From Bugula neritina (lineage: Eukaryota > Animalia > Bryozoa), in NCBI GenBank assembly GCA_964035545.1, contig OZ037771.1, positions 10,110,480-10,174,479 on the forward strand: a stretch of DNA of 64,000 nt, read 5' to 3'. The position numbers and the translations under genes were made by a program. Under the pieces are notes generated by a model, which was not told the origin of the DNA, searched no databases, and was given only the letters and a program-made list of their open reading frames with translations. Positions within the stretch are counted from its first letter, which is position 1; each line of letters starts with the position of its first letter. Positions 29,801 through 46,855 of this stretch are shown in pieces.

Positions 29801-32800
29801 AAAATACTGCAACATACTGAAATACACTGTTACATGCCAAAATAAACTGCAACATACTGCAACATACTGAAATACACTCTAACATACTCAAATACACTGC
29901 AACATTCTGCAACATATTGAAATATACTGCAACACACTGAAATATACTGCAACACACTGAAATATACTGCAAAATACTGAAATATACTTCAACATACTGC
30001 AACATACTGAAAGACACTACAACTCACTGAAGTATAGTGCAATATACAGAAATGTACTCTAACATACTGATATTTATTGTTACACACTGAAATATACTAC
30101 AACATACTGAAATACACTGTAACATACCGAAATAAGCTGCAACATACTGCAACATACTGAAATACACTGTAACATGATGAAGTACACTGCAACACATTGA
30201 AATACACTGCAACAAACTGAAATATACTGCAACATACTGAAATGTACTGCAACATACTGAAATACATTGCAACATATCGAAGTATATCGTAATAAACGGA
30301 CATCTACTGAAACATACTGAAACACACTGAAACATACTGAAACATACTGAAACATACTGAAACATACTGAAATACACTGCAACAAACTGCAACATACTGA
30401 AACATACTGTAACATGATGAAAAACACTGCAACACATTGAAATATACTGCAACAAACTGAAATATACTGCAACATACTGAAACCTACTGCAACATACTGA
30501 AACTAATTGCAACATATCGAAGTATATCGTAAAATACGGACATGTACTGTAACATACTGAAACACACTGAAACATACTGAAACATACTGAAACATACTGA
30601 AACATACTGAGATACACTGCAACATACTGCAACATACTGAAATACACTGTAACATGATGAAATACACTGCAACACATTGAAATATACTGCAACAAACTGA
30701 AATATACTGCAACATACTGAAACGTGCTGCAACATACTGAAATACATTGCAATATGTCGAAGTATATCGTAATATACGGACATGTACTGTAACATACTGA
30801 AACACACTGAAACATACTGAAACATACTGAAATATACTGAAATATACTGAAATACACTGTAACACATTGAAAAATACTGCAACATACTGAAGGACACTTC
30901 AACTCACTGAAGTATAGTGTAATATACAGAAATGTACTGTAACATACTGATATTTACTGTAACACACTGAAATATACTGCAACATACTGAAATACACTGT
31001 AACATACCGAAATAAACTGCAACATAATGCAACATACTGAATTACACTGTAACATACTAAAATACACTGCAACATTCTGCAACATACTTCAACGTACTGA
31101 AAGACACTGTAACATAATGAAATACACTGCAACACATTAAAATATACCGCAACAGACTGGAATATACTGCAACACATCTAAGTACATCGTAATATACGGA
31201 CATGTACTGTAACATACTGGAACATACTGAAACATACTGCAACATTCTGAAGTACACTGCAAAATATTGAAATACACCGCAACAAACTGCAACATACTGA
31301 AGTACACTGTACATATTGAAAAACACTGCAACACACTGAAATATACTGCAAAATACTAAATTATACTTCAACATACTGCAACATACTGAAAGACACTACA
31401 ACTCACTGAAGTATAGTGCAATATACAGAAATGTACTCTAACATACTGATATTTAATGTTACACACTGAAATATACTACAACATACTGAAATACACTGTA
31501 ACATACCGAAATAAGCTGCAACATACTGCAACATACTGAAATACACTGTAACATGATGAAGTACACTGCAACACATTGAAATACACTGCAACAAACTGAA
31601 ATATACTGCATCATACTGAAATGTACTGCAACATACTGAAATACATTGCAACATATCGAAGTATATCGTAATAAACGGACATGTACTGAAACATACTGAA
31701 ACACACTGAAACATACTGAAACATACTGAATTATACTGAAATACACTGCAACAAACTGCAACATACTGAAACATACTGTAACATGATGAAAAACACTGCA
31801 ACACATTGAAATATACTGCAACAAACTGAAATATACTGCAACATACTGAAACGTACTGCAACATACTGAAACTAATTGCAACATATCGAAGTATATCGTA
31901 AAATACGGACATGTACTGTAACATACTGAAACACACTGAAACATACTGAAACATACTGAAACATACTGAAACATACTGAGATACACTGCAACATACTGCA
32001 ACATACTGAAATACACTGTAACATGATGAAATACACTGCAACACATTGGAATATACTGCAACAAACTGGAATATACTGCAACATACTGAAACGTGCTGCA
32101 ACATACAGAAATACATTGCAATATATCGAAGTATATCGTAATATACGGACATGTACTGCAACATACTGAAACACACTGAAACATACTGAAACATACTGAA
32201 ATATACTGAAATATACTGAAATACACTGTAACACATTGAAAAATACTGCAACATACTGAAGAACACTTCAACTCACTGAAGTATAGTCTAATGTACAGAA
32301 ATGTACTGTAACATACTGATATTTACTGTAACACACTGAAATATACTGCAACATACTGAAATACACTGTAACATACCGAAATAAACTGCAACATAATGCA
32401 ACATACTGAATTACACTGTAACATACTAAAATACACTGCAACATTCTGCAACATACTTCAACGTACTGAAAGACACTGTAACATAATGAAATACACTGCA
32501 ACACATTGAAATATACCGCAACAGACTGGAATATACTGCAACACATCCAAGTACATAGTAATATACGGACATGTACTGTAACATACTGGAACATACTGAA
32601 ACATACAGCAACATTCTGAAGTACACTGTAAAATATTAAAATACACCGCAACAAACTGCAACATATTGAAGTACACTGTACATATTGAAAAACACTGCAA
32701 CACACTGAAATATACTGCAACACACTGAAATATACTGCAAAATACTGAATTATACTTCAACATACTGCAACATACTGAAAGACACTACAACTCACTGAAG

Positions 32801-35800
32801 CATAGTGCAATATACAGAAATGTATTCTAACATACTGATATTTAATGTTACACACTGAAATATACTACAACATACTGAAATACACTGCAACATACCGAAA
32901 TAAGCTGCAACATACTGCAACATACTGAAATACACTGTAACATGATGTAGTACACTGCAACACATTGAAATATACTGCAACAAACTGAAATATACTGCAA
33001 CATACTGAAATGTACTGCAACATACTGAAATACATGGCAACATATCGAAGTATATCGTAATAAACGGACATGTACTGTAACATACTGAAACACACTGAAA
33101 CATACTGAAACATACTGAAACATACTGAAACATACTGAAATACACTGCAACATACTGCAACATACTGAAATACACTGTAACATGATGAAATACACTGCAA
33201 CACATTGAAATATACTGCAACAAACTGAAATATACTGCAACATACTGAAACGTACTGCAACATACTGAAATACATTGCAACATATCGAAGTATGTCGTAA
33301 TATACGGACATGTACTTTAACATACTGAAACACACTGAAACATACTGAAACCTACTGAAATATACTGAAATGTACTGAAATACACTGTAACACATTGAAA
33401 AATACTGCAACATTCTGCAACATAGTTCAACGTACTGAATACACTGTAACATAATGAATCACACTGCAACATACTGCAACATACTGAAATATACTGTAAC
33501 ATACTGAAACATGAGCAATATACTGAAAGATGCCTCAACATACTCAAATACACTGCAAGAAACTGCAACATACGTAAATACACTGTAACATACTGAAATA
33601 CACTGAAACATACTGCAACATACTGAAGTACACTGTAAAATATTCAAATACACAGCAACACATTGAAATACACTGCAACACACTGAAATATACTGCAACA
33701 TACTGAAATGTACTTCAACATAATGAAAAACACTGCAACATATCAAAGTATATCGTAATACACAGACATGTACTGTAACATACTGAAACATACTGAAACA
33801 TACTGAAACATACTGAAATACACTGTAACAAACTGAAATACACTGCAACAAGTTGGAATATACTGCAACATACCCAAGTATATGGTAATATAATGAAATA
33901 TACTGCAAAATACCGCAACATACTGAAAAACACTGTAACAAACTGAAATACGCTGCAACACATTGGAATATACTGCAACATACCCAAATAAATGGTAACA
34001 TATTGAAATATACTGAAATACAATGTAACACATTGAAAAATACTGCAAGACACTGAAAGACACTACAACTCACTGAAGTATAGTGTAATATACGAAAATG
34101 TACTGTAACATACTGATATTTACTGCAACACACTGAAAAATACTGCAACATACTGAAATACACTGTTACATGCCAAAATAAACTGCAACATACTGCAACA
34201 TACTGAAATACACTCTAACATACTCAAATACACTGCAACATTCTGCAACATATTGAAATATACTGCAACACACTGAAATATACTGCAACACACTGAAATA
34301 TACTGCAAAATACTGAAATATACTTCAACATACTGCAACATACTGAAAGACACTACAACTCACTGAAGTATAGTGCAATATACAGAAATGTACTCTAACA
34401 TACTGATATTTATTGTTACACACTGAAATATACTACAACATACTGAAATACACTGTAACATACCGAAATAAGCTGCAACATACTGCAACATACTGAAATA
34501 CACTGTAACATGATGAAGTACACTGCAACACATTGAAATACACTGCAACAAACTGAAATATACTGCAACATACTGAAATGTACTGCAACATACTGAAATA
34601 CATTGCAACATATCGAAGTATATCGTAATAAACGGACATCTACTGAAACATACTGAAACACACTGAAACATACTGAAACATACTGAAACATACTGAAACA
34701 TACTGAAATACACTGCAACAAACTGCAACATACTGAAACATACTGTAACATGATGAAAAACACTGCAACACATTGAAATATACTGCAACAAACTGAAATA
34801 TACTGCAACATACTGAAACCTACTGCAACATACTGAAACTAATTGCAACATATCGAAGTATATCGTAAAATACGGACATGTACTGTAACATACTGAAACA
34901 CACTGAAACATACTGAAACATACTGAAACATACTGAAACATACTGAGATACACTGCAACATACTGCAACATACTGAAATACACTGTAACATGATGAAATA
35001 CACTGCAACACATTGAAATATACTGCAACAAACTGAAATATACTGCAACATACTGAAACGTGCTGCAACATACTGAAATACATTGCAATATGTCGAAGTA
35101 TATCGTAATATACGGACATGTACTGTAACATACTGAAACACACTGAAACATACTGAAACATACTGAAATATACTGAAATATACTGAAATACACTGTAACA
35201 CATTGAAAAATACTGCAACATACTGAAGGACACTTCAACTCACTGAAGTATAGTGTAATATACAGAAATGTACTGTAACATACTGATATTTACTGTAACA
35301 CACTGAAATATACTGCAACATACTGAAATACACTGTAACATACCGAAATAAACTGCAACATAATGCAACATACTGAATTACACTGTAACATACTAAAATA
35401 CACTGCAACATTCTGCAACATACTTCAACGTACTGAAAGACACTGTAACATAATGAAATACACTGCAACACATTAAAATATACCGCAACAGACTGGAATA
35501 TACTGCAACACATCTAAGTACATCGTAATATACGGACATGTACTGTAACATACTGGAACATACTGAAACATACTGCAACATTCTGAAGTACACTGCAAAA
35601 TATTGAAATACACCGCAACAAACTGCAACATACTGAAGTACACTGTACATATTGAAAAACACTGCAACACACTGAAATATACTGCAAAATACTAAATTAT
35701 ACTTCAACATACTGCAACATACTGAAAGACACTACAACTCACTGAAGTATAGTGCAATATACAGAAATGTACTCTAACATACTGATATTTAATGTTACAC

Positions 35801-38800
35801 ACTGAAATATACTACAACATACTGAAATACACTGTAACATACCGAAATAAGCTGCAACATACTGCAACATACTGAAATACACTGTAACATGATGAAGTAC
35901 ACTGCAACACATTGAAATACACTGCAACAAACTGAAATATACTGCATCATACTGAAATGTACTGCAACATACTGAAATACATTGCAACATATCGAAGTAT
36001 ATCGTAATAAACGGACATGTACTGAAACATACTGAAACACACTGAAACATACTGAAACATACTGAATTATACTGAAATACACTGCAACAAACTGCAACAT
36101 ACTGAAACATACTGTAACATGATGAAAAACACTGCAACACATTGAAATATACTGCAACAAACTGAAATATACTGCAACATACTGAAACGTACTGCAACAT
36201 ACTGAAACTAATTGCAACATATCGAAGTATATCGTAAAATACGGACATGTACTGTAACATACTGAAACACACTGAAACATACTGAAACATACTGAAACAT
36301 ACTGAAACATACTGAGATACACTGCAACATACTGCAACATACTGAAATACACTGTAACATGATGAAATACACTGCAACACATTGGAATATACTGCAACAA
36401 ACTGGAATATACTGCAACATACTGAAACGTGCTGCAACATACAGAAATACATTGCAATATATCGAAGTATATCGTAATATACGGACATGTACTGCAACAT
36501 ACTGAAACACACTGAAACATACTGAAACATACTGAAATATACTGAAATATACTGAAATACACTGTAACACATTGAAAAATACTGCAACATACTGAAGAAC
36601 ACTTCAACTCACTGAAGTATAGTCTAATGTACAGAAATGTACTGTAACATACTGATATTTACTGTAACACACTGAAATATACTGCAACATACTGAAATAC
36701 ACTGTAACATACCGAAATAAACTGCAACATAATGCAACATACTGAATTACACTGTAACATACTAAAATACACTGCAACATTCTGCAACATACTTCAACGT
36801 ACTGAAAGACACTGTAACATAATGAAATACACTGCAACACATTGAAATATACCGCAACAGACTGGAATATACTGCAACACATCCAAGTACATAGTAATAT
36901 ACGGACATGTACTGTAACATACTGGAACATACTGAAACATACAGCAACATTCTGAAGTACACTGTAAAATATTAAAATACACCGCAACAAACTGCAACAT
37001 ATTGAAGTACACTGTACATATTGAAAAACACTGCAACACACTGAAATATACTGCAACACACTGAAATATACTGCAAAATACTGAATTATACTTCAACATA
37101 CTGCAACATACTGAAAGACACTACAACTCACTGAAGCATAGTGCAATATACAGAAATGTATTCTAACATACTGATATTTAATGTTACACACTGAAATATA
37201 CTACAACATACTGAAATACACTGCAACATACCGAAATAAGCTGCAACATACTGCAACATACTGAAATACACTGTAACATGATGTAGTACACTGCAACACA
37301 TTGAAATATACTGCAACAAACTGAAATATACTGCAACATACTGAAATGTACTGCAACATACTGAAATACATGGCAACATATCGAAGTATATCGTAATAAA
37401 CGGACATGTACTGTAACATACTGAAACACACTGAAACATACTGAAACATACTGAAACATACTGAAACATACTGAAATACACTGCAACATACTGCAACATA
37501 CTGAAACATACTGTAACATTATGAAATACACTGCAACACATTGAAATATACTGCAACAAACTGAAATATACTGCAACATACTAAAACGTACTGCAACATA
37601 CTGAAATACATTGCAACATATCGAAGTATATCGTAATATACGGACATGTACTGAAACATACTGAAACATACTGAGATACACTGCAACATACTGCAACATA
37701 CTGAAATACACTGTAACATGATGAAATACACTGCAACACATTGAAATATACTGCAACAAACTGAAATATACTGCAACATACTGAAACGTACTGCAACATA
37801 CTGAAATACATTGCAACATATCGAAGTATGTCGTAATATACGGACATGTACTTTAACATACTGAAACACACTGAAACATACTGAAACCTACTGAAATATA
37901 CTGAAATGTACTGAAATACACTGTAACACATTGAAAAATACTGCAACATTCTGCAACATAGTTCAACGTACTGAATACACTGTAACATAATGAATCACAC
38001 TGCAACATACTGCAACATACTGAAATATACTGTAACATACTGAAACATGAGCAATATACTGAAAGATGCCTCAACATACTCAAATACACTGCAAGAAACT
38101 GCAACATACGTAAATACACTGTAACATACTGAAATACACTGAAACATACTGCAACATACTGAAGTACACTGTAAAATATTCAAATACACAGCAACACATT
38201 GAAATACACTGCAACACACTGAAATATACTGCAACATACTGAAATGTACTTCAACATAATGAAAAACACTGCAACATATCAAAGTATATCGTAATACACA
38301 GACATGTACTGTAACATACTGAAACATACTGAAACATACTGAAACATACTGAAATACACTGTAACAAACTGAAATACACTGCAACAAGTTGGAATATACT
38401 GCAACATACCCAAGTATATGGTAATATAATGAAATATACTGCAAAATACCGCAACATACTGAAAAACACTGTAACAAACTGAAATACGCTGCAACACATT
38501 GGAATATACTGCAACATACCCAAATAAATGGTAACATATTGAAATATACTAAAATACAATGTAACACATTGAAAAATACTGCAAGACACTGAAAGACACT
38601 ACAACTCACTGAAGTATAGTGTAATATACGAAAATGTACTGTAACATACTGATATTTACTGCAACACACTGAAAAATACTGCAACATACTGAAATACACT
38701 GTTACATGCCAAAATAAACTGCAACATACTGCAACATACTGAAATACACTCTAACATACTCAAATACACTGCAACATTCTGCAACATATTGAAATATACT

Positions 38801-40273
38801 GCAACACACTGAAATATACTGCAACACACTGAAATATACTGCAAAATACTGAAATATACTTCAACATACTGCAACATACTGAAAGACACTACAACTCACT
38901 GAAGTATAGTGCAATATACAGAAATGTACTCTAACATACTGATATTTATTGTTACACACTGAAATATACTACAACATACTGAAATACACTGTAACATACC
39001 GAAATAAGCTGCAACATACTGCAACATACTGAAATACACTGTAACATGATGAAGTACACTGCAACACATTGAAATACACTGCAACAAACTGAAATATACT
39101 GCAACATACTGAAATGTACTGCAACATACTGAAATACATTGCAACATATCGAAGTATATCGTAATAAACGGACATGTACTGAAACATACTGAAACACACT
39201 GAAACATACTGAAACATACTGAAACATACTGAAACATACTGAAATACACTGCAACAAACTGCAACATACTGAAACATACTGTAACATGATGAAAAACACT
39301 GCAACACATTGAAATATACTGCAACAAACTGAAATATACTGCAACATACTGAAACCTACTGCAACATACTGAAACTAATTGCAACATATCGAAGTATATC
39401 GTAAAATACGGACATGTACTGTAACATACTGAAACACACTGAAACATACTGAAACATACTGAAACATACTGAAACATACTGAGATACACTGCAACATACT
39501 GCAACATACTGAAATACACTGTAACATGATGAAATACACTGCAACACATTGAAATATACTGCAACAAACTGAAATATACTGCAACATACTGAAACGTGCT
39601 GCAACATACTGAAATACATTGCAATATGTCGAAGTATATCGTAATATACGGACATGTACTGTAACATACTGAAACACACTGAAACATACTGAAACATACT
39701 GAAATATACTGAAATATACTGAAATACACTGTAACACATTGAAAAATACTGCAACATACTGAAGGACACTTCAACTCACTGAAGTATAGTGTAATATACA
39801 GAAATGTACTGTAACATACTGATATTTACTGTAACACACTGAAATATACTGCAACATACTGAAATACACTGTAACATACCGAAATAAACTGCAACATAAT
39901 GCAACATACTGAATTACACTGTAACATACTAAAATACACTGCAACATTCTGCAACATACTTCAACGTACTGAAAGACACTGTAACATAATGAAATACACT
40001 GCAACACATTAAAATATACCGCAACAGACTGGAATATACTGCAACACATCTAAGTACATCGTAATATACGGACATGTACTGTAACATACTGGAACATACT
40101 GAAACATACTGCAACATTCTGAAGTACACTGCAAAATATTGAAATACACCGCAACAAACTGCAACATACTGAAGTACACTGTACATATTGAAAAACACTG
40201 CAACACACTGAAATATACTGCAAAATACTAAATTATACTTCAACATACTGCAACATACTGAAAGACACTACAA
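26866..40273 (+). repeat. 4536 bp HOR, three tandem copies (4536, 4336, 4536); 6 modules: 870,519,1478 (1278 in the middle copy),290,880,499
   Basis: Landmarks at 26866,27736,28255,29733,30023,30903,31402. ORF offsets 26867/31403/35739 are +4536,+4336, and 29123/33459/37995 are +4336,+4536. Confidence 0.94.
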
Positions 40274-40466
40274 CTCACTGAAGTATAGTGCAATATACAG
40301 AAATGTATTCTATCATACTGATATTTAATGTTACACACTGAAATATACTACAACATACTGAAATACACTGCAACATATCGAAATAAGCTGCAACATACTG
40401 CAACATACTGAAATACACTGTAACATGATGTAGTACACTGCAACACATTGAAATATACTGCAACAA

Positions 40467-43400
40467 ACTGAAATATACTGCAACATACTGAAACGTACTG
40501 CAACATACTGAAACCAATTGCAACATATCGAAGTATATCGTAAAATACGGACACGTACTGTAACATACTGAAACACACTGAAACATACTGAAACATACTG
40601 AAACATACTGAAACATACTGAGATACACTGCAACAAACTGCAACATACTGAAACATACTGTAACATGATGAAATACACTGAAACACATTGAAATATACTG
40701 CAACAAACTGAAATATACTGCAACATACTGAAACGTACTGCAACATACTGAAATTAATTGCAACATATCAAAGTATATCGTAATATACGGACATGTACTG
40801 TAACATACTGAAACACACTGAAACATACTGAAACATACTGAAACATGCTGAAACATACTGTGATACACTGCAACATACTGCAACATACTGAAATACACTG
40901 TAACATGATGAAATACACTGCAACACATTGAAATATACTGCAACAAACTGAAATATACTGCAACATACTGAAACCTGCTGCAACATACGGAAATACATTG
41001 CAATATATCGAAGTATGTCGTAATATACGGACATGTACTGTAACATACTGAAACACACTGAAACATACTGAAACGTACTGAGATATACTGAAATACACTG
41101 TAACACATTGAAAAATACTGCAACATACTGAAAGACACTTCAACTCACTGAAGTATAGTGTAATGTACGGAAATGTACTGTAACATACTGATATTTACTG
41201 TTACACACTGAAATATACTGCAACATACTGAAATACACTGTAACATACCGAAATAAACTGCAACATAATGCAACATACTGAATTACACTGTAACATACTA
41301 AAATACACCGCAACATTCTGCCACATACTGCAACATACTGAAATACACTGTAACAGGATGAAGTACACTGCAACACATTGAAATACACTGCAACAAACTG
41401 AAATATACTGCAACATACTGAAATGTACTGCAACATACTAAAATACATTGCAACATATCGAAGTATATCGTAATAAACGGACATGTACTGTAACATACTG
41501 AAACACACTGAAACATACTGAAACATATTGAAACATACTGAAACATACTGAAATACACTGCAACATACTGCAACATACAAAAACATACTGTAACATGATG
41601 AAATGCACTGCAACACATTGAAATATACTGCAACAAACTGAAAAATACTGCAACATACTGAAACGTACTGCAACGTACTGAAATTAATTGCAACATATCA
41701 AAGTATTCCGTAATATACGGACATGTACTGTAACATACTGAAACACACTGAAACATACTGAAACATACTGAAATATACTGAAATGTACTGGAATACACTG
41801 TAACACATTGAAAAATACTGCAACATACTGAAAGACACTTCAATTCACTGAAGTATAGTGTAATATACGGAAATGTACTGTAACATACTGATAATTACTG
41901 CAACACACTGAAATATACTGCAACATACTGAAATACACTGTAACATACCGAAATAAACTGCAACATAATGCAACATACTGAATTACACTGTAACATTCTG
42001 CAACATAGTTCAACGTACTGAATACACTGTAACATAATGAAATACACTGCAACATAGTGCAACATACTGAAATATACTGTAACATACTGAAACATGAGCA
42101 ATATACTGAAAGATGCCTCAACATACTCAAATACACTGCAAGAAACTGCAACATACGTAAATACACTGTAACATACTGAAATACACTGAAATATACTGCA
42201 ACATACTGAAACGTACTGCAACATACTGAAACTAATTGCAACATATCGAAGTATATCGTAAAATACGGACATGTACTGTAACATACTGAAACACACTGAA
42301 ACATACTGAAACATACTGAAACATACTGAAACATACTGAGATACACTGCAACAAACTGCAACATACTGAAACATACTGTAACATGATGAAATACACTGAA
42401 ACACATTGAAATATACTGCAACAAACTGAAATATACTGCAACATACTGAAACGTACTGCAACATACTGAAATTAATTGCAACATATCAAAGTATATCGTA
42501 ATATACGGACATGTACTGTAACATACTGAAACACACTGAAACATACTGAAACATACTGAAACATGCTGAAACATACTGTGATACACTGCAACATACTGCA
42601 ACATACTGAAATACACTGTAACATGATGAAATACACTGCAACACATTGAAATATACTGCAACAAACTGAAATATACTGCAACATACTGAAACCTGCTGCA
42701 ACATACTGAAATACATTGCAATATATCGAAGTATGTCGTAATATACGGACATGTACTGTAACATACTGAAACACACTGAAACATACTGAAACGTACTGAG
42801 ATATACTGAAATACACTGTAACACATTGAAAAATACTGCAACATACTGAAAGACACTTCAACTCACTGAAGTATAGTGTAATGTACGGAAATGTACTGTA
42901 ACATACTGATATTTACTGTTACACACTGAAATATACTGCAACATACCGAAATACACTGTAACATACCGAAATAAACTGCAACATAATGCAACATACTGAA
43001 TTACACTGTAACATACTAAAATACACCGCAACATTCTGCCACATACTGCAACATACTGAAATACACTGTAACAGGATGAAGTACACTGCAACACATTGAA
43101 ATACACTGCAGCAAACTGAAATATACTGCAACATACTGAAATGTACTGCAACATACTAAAATACATTGCAACATATCGAAGTATATCGTAATAAACGGAC
43201 ATGTACTGTAACATACTGAAACACACTGAAACATACTGAAACATATTGAAACATACTGAAACATACTGAAATACACTGCAACATACTGCAACATACAAAA
43301 ACATACTGTAACATGATGAAATACACTGCAACACATTGAAATATACTGCAACAAACTGAAAAATACTGCAACATACTGAAACGTACTGCAACGTACTGAA

Positions 43401-43905
43401 ATTAATTGCAACATATCAAAGTATACCGTAATATACGGACATGTACTGTAACATACTGAAACACACTGAAACATACTGAAACATACTGAAGTATACTGAA
43501 ATGTACTGAAATACACTGTAACACATTGAAAAATACTGCAACATACTGAAAGACACTTCAATTCACTGAAGTATAGTGTAATATACGGAAATGTACTGTA
43601 ACATACTGATAATTACTGCAACACACTGAAATATACTGCAACATACTGAAATACACTGTAACATACCGAAATAAACTGCAACATAATGCAACATACTGAA
43701 TTACACTGTAACATTCTGCAACATAGTTCAACGTACTGAATACACTGCAACATAATGAAATACACTGCAACATACTGCAACATACTGAAATATACTGTAA
43801 CATACTGAAACATGAGCAATATACTGAAAGATGCCTCAACATACTCAAATACACTGCAAGAAACTGCAACATACGTAAATACACTGTAACATACTGAAAT
43901 ACACT
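40467..43905 (+). repeat. 1718 bp tandem duplication (two copies, several SNP differences)
   Basis: ORF offsets 40754/42472, 41140/42858 and 41840/43558 are +1718. The match begins at ~40467/42185. Confidence 0.88.
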
Positions 43906-44399
43906 GAAACATACTGCAACATACTGAAGTACACTGTAAAATATTCAAATACACTGCAACACATTGAAATACACTGTAACATACCGAAATAAACTGCAAC
44001 ATAATGCAACATACTGAATTACACTGTAACATACTAAAATACACTGCAACATTCTGCAACATACTTCAACGTACTGAAAGACACTGTAACATAATGAAAT
44101 ACACTGCAACACATTGAAATATACTGCAACAAACTGAAATATACTGCAACATACTGAAACGTGCTGCAACATACTGAAATACATTGCAATATGTCGAAGT
44201 ATATCGTAATATACGGACATGTACTGTAACATACTGAAACACACTGAAACATACTGAAACATACTGAACCATACTGAAACATACTGAGATACACTGCAAC
44301 ATACTGCAACATACTGAAATACACTGTAACATGATGAAATACACTGCAACACATTGAAATATACTGCAACAAACTGAAATAAACTGCAACATACTGAAA

Positions 44400-46855
44400 C
44401 GTGCTGCAACATACTGAAATACATTGCAATATGTCGAAGTATATCGTAATATACGGACATGTACTGTAACATACTGAAACACACTGAAACATACTGAAAC
44501 ATACTGAAATATACTGAAATATACTGAAATACACTGTAACACATTGAAAAATACTGCAACATACTGAAGGACACTTCAACTCACTGAAGTATAGTGTAAT
44601 ATACAGAAATGTACTGTAACATACTGATATTTACTGTAACACACTGAAATATACTGCAACATACTGAAATACACTGTAACATACCGAAATAAACTGCAAC
44701 ATAATGCAACATACTGAATTACACTGTAACATACTAAAATACACTGCAACATTCTGCAACATACTTCAACGTACTGAAAGACACTGTAACATAATGAAAT
44801 ACACTGCAACACATTAAAATATACCGCAACAGACTGGAATATACTGCAACACATCTAAGTACATCGTAATATACGGACATGTACTGTAACATACTGGAAC
44901 ATACTGAAACATACTGCAACATTCTGAAGTACACTGCAAAATATTGAAATACACCGCAACAAACTGCAACATACTGAAGTACACTGTACATATTGAAAAA
45001 CACTGCAACACACTGAAATATACTGCAAAATACTGAATTATACTTCAACATACTGCAACATACTGAAAGACACTACAACTCACTGAAGTATAGTGCAATA
45101 TACAGAAATGTATTCTAACATACTGATATTTAATGTTACACACTGAAATATACTACAACATACTGAAATACACTGCAACATACCGAAATAAGCTGCAACA
45201 TACTGCAACATACTGAAATACACTGTAACATGATGTAGTACACTGCAACACATTGAAATATACTGCAACAAACTGAAATATACTGCAACATACTGAAACG
45301 TACTGCAACATACTGAAACTAATTGCAACATATCGAAGTATATCGTAAAATACGGACATGTACTGTAACATACTGAAACACACTGAAACATACTGACACA
45401 TACTGAAACATACTGAAACATACTGAGATACACTGCAACAAACTGCAACATACTGAAACATACTGTAACATGATGAAATACACTGAAACACATTGAAATA
45501 TACTGCAACAAACTGAAATATACTGCAACATACTGAAACGTACTGCAACATACTGAAATTAATTGCAACATATCAAAGTATATCGTAATATACGGACATG
45601 TACTGTAACATACTGAAACACACTGAAACATACTGAAACATACTGAAACATGCTGAAACATACTGTGATACACTGCAACATACTGCAACATACTGAAATA
45701 CACTGTAACATGATGAAATACACTGCAACACATTGAAATATACTGCAACAAACTGAAATATACTGCAACATACTGAAACCTGCTGCAACATACTGAAATA
45801 CATTGCAATATATCGAAGTATGTCGTAATATACGGACATGTACTGTAACATACTGAAACACACTGAAACATACTGAAACGTACTGAGATATACTGAAATA
45901 CACTGTAACACATTGAAAAATACTGCAACATACTGAAAGACACTTCAACTCACTGAAGTATAGTGTAATGTACGGAAATGTACTGCAACATACTGATATT
46001 TACTGTTACACACTGAAATATACTGCAACATACTGAAATACACTATAACATACCGAAATAAACTGCAACATAATGCAACATACTGAATTACACTGTAACA
46101 TACTAAAATACACCGCAACATTCTGCCACATACGGCAACATACTGAAATACACTGTAACAGGATGAAGTACACTGCAACACATTGAAATACACTGCAACA
46201 AACTGAAATATACTGCAACATACTGAAATGTACTGCAACATACTAAAATACATTGCAACATATCGAAGTATATCGTAATAAACGGACATGTACTGTAACA
46301 TACTGAAACACACTGAAACATACTGAAACATATTGAAACATACTGAAACATACTGAAATACACTGCAACATACTGCAACATACAAAAACATACTGTAACA
46401 TGATGAAATACACTGCAACACATTGAAATATACTGCAACAAACTGAAAAATACTGCAACATACTGAAACGTACTGCAACGTACTGAAATTAATTGCAACA
46501 TATCAAAGTATACCGTAATATACGGACATGTACTGTAACATACTGAAACACACTGAAGCATACTGAAACATACTGAAATATACTGAAATGTACTGAAATA
46601 CACTGTAACACATTGAAAAATACTGCAACATACTGAAAGACACTTCAATTCACTGAAGTATAGTGTAATGTACGGAAATGTACTGTAACATACTGATAAT
46701 TACTGCAACACACTGAAATATACTGCAACATACTGAAATTCACTGTAACATACCGAAATAAACTGCAACATAATGCAACATACTGAATTACACTGTAACA
46801 TTCTGCAACATAGTTCAACGTACTGAATACACTGTAACATAATGAAATACACTGC
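44400..46855 (+). repeat. Dispersed duplicate (+4805) of ~39600-42050: tail of the 880 module, then 499,870,700 and the start of the next module
   Basis: ORF offsets 39771/44576, 40275/45080, 41140/45945 and 41840/46645 are +4805. Confidence 0.83.
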
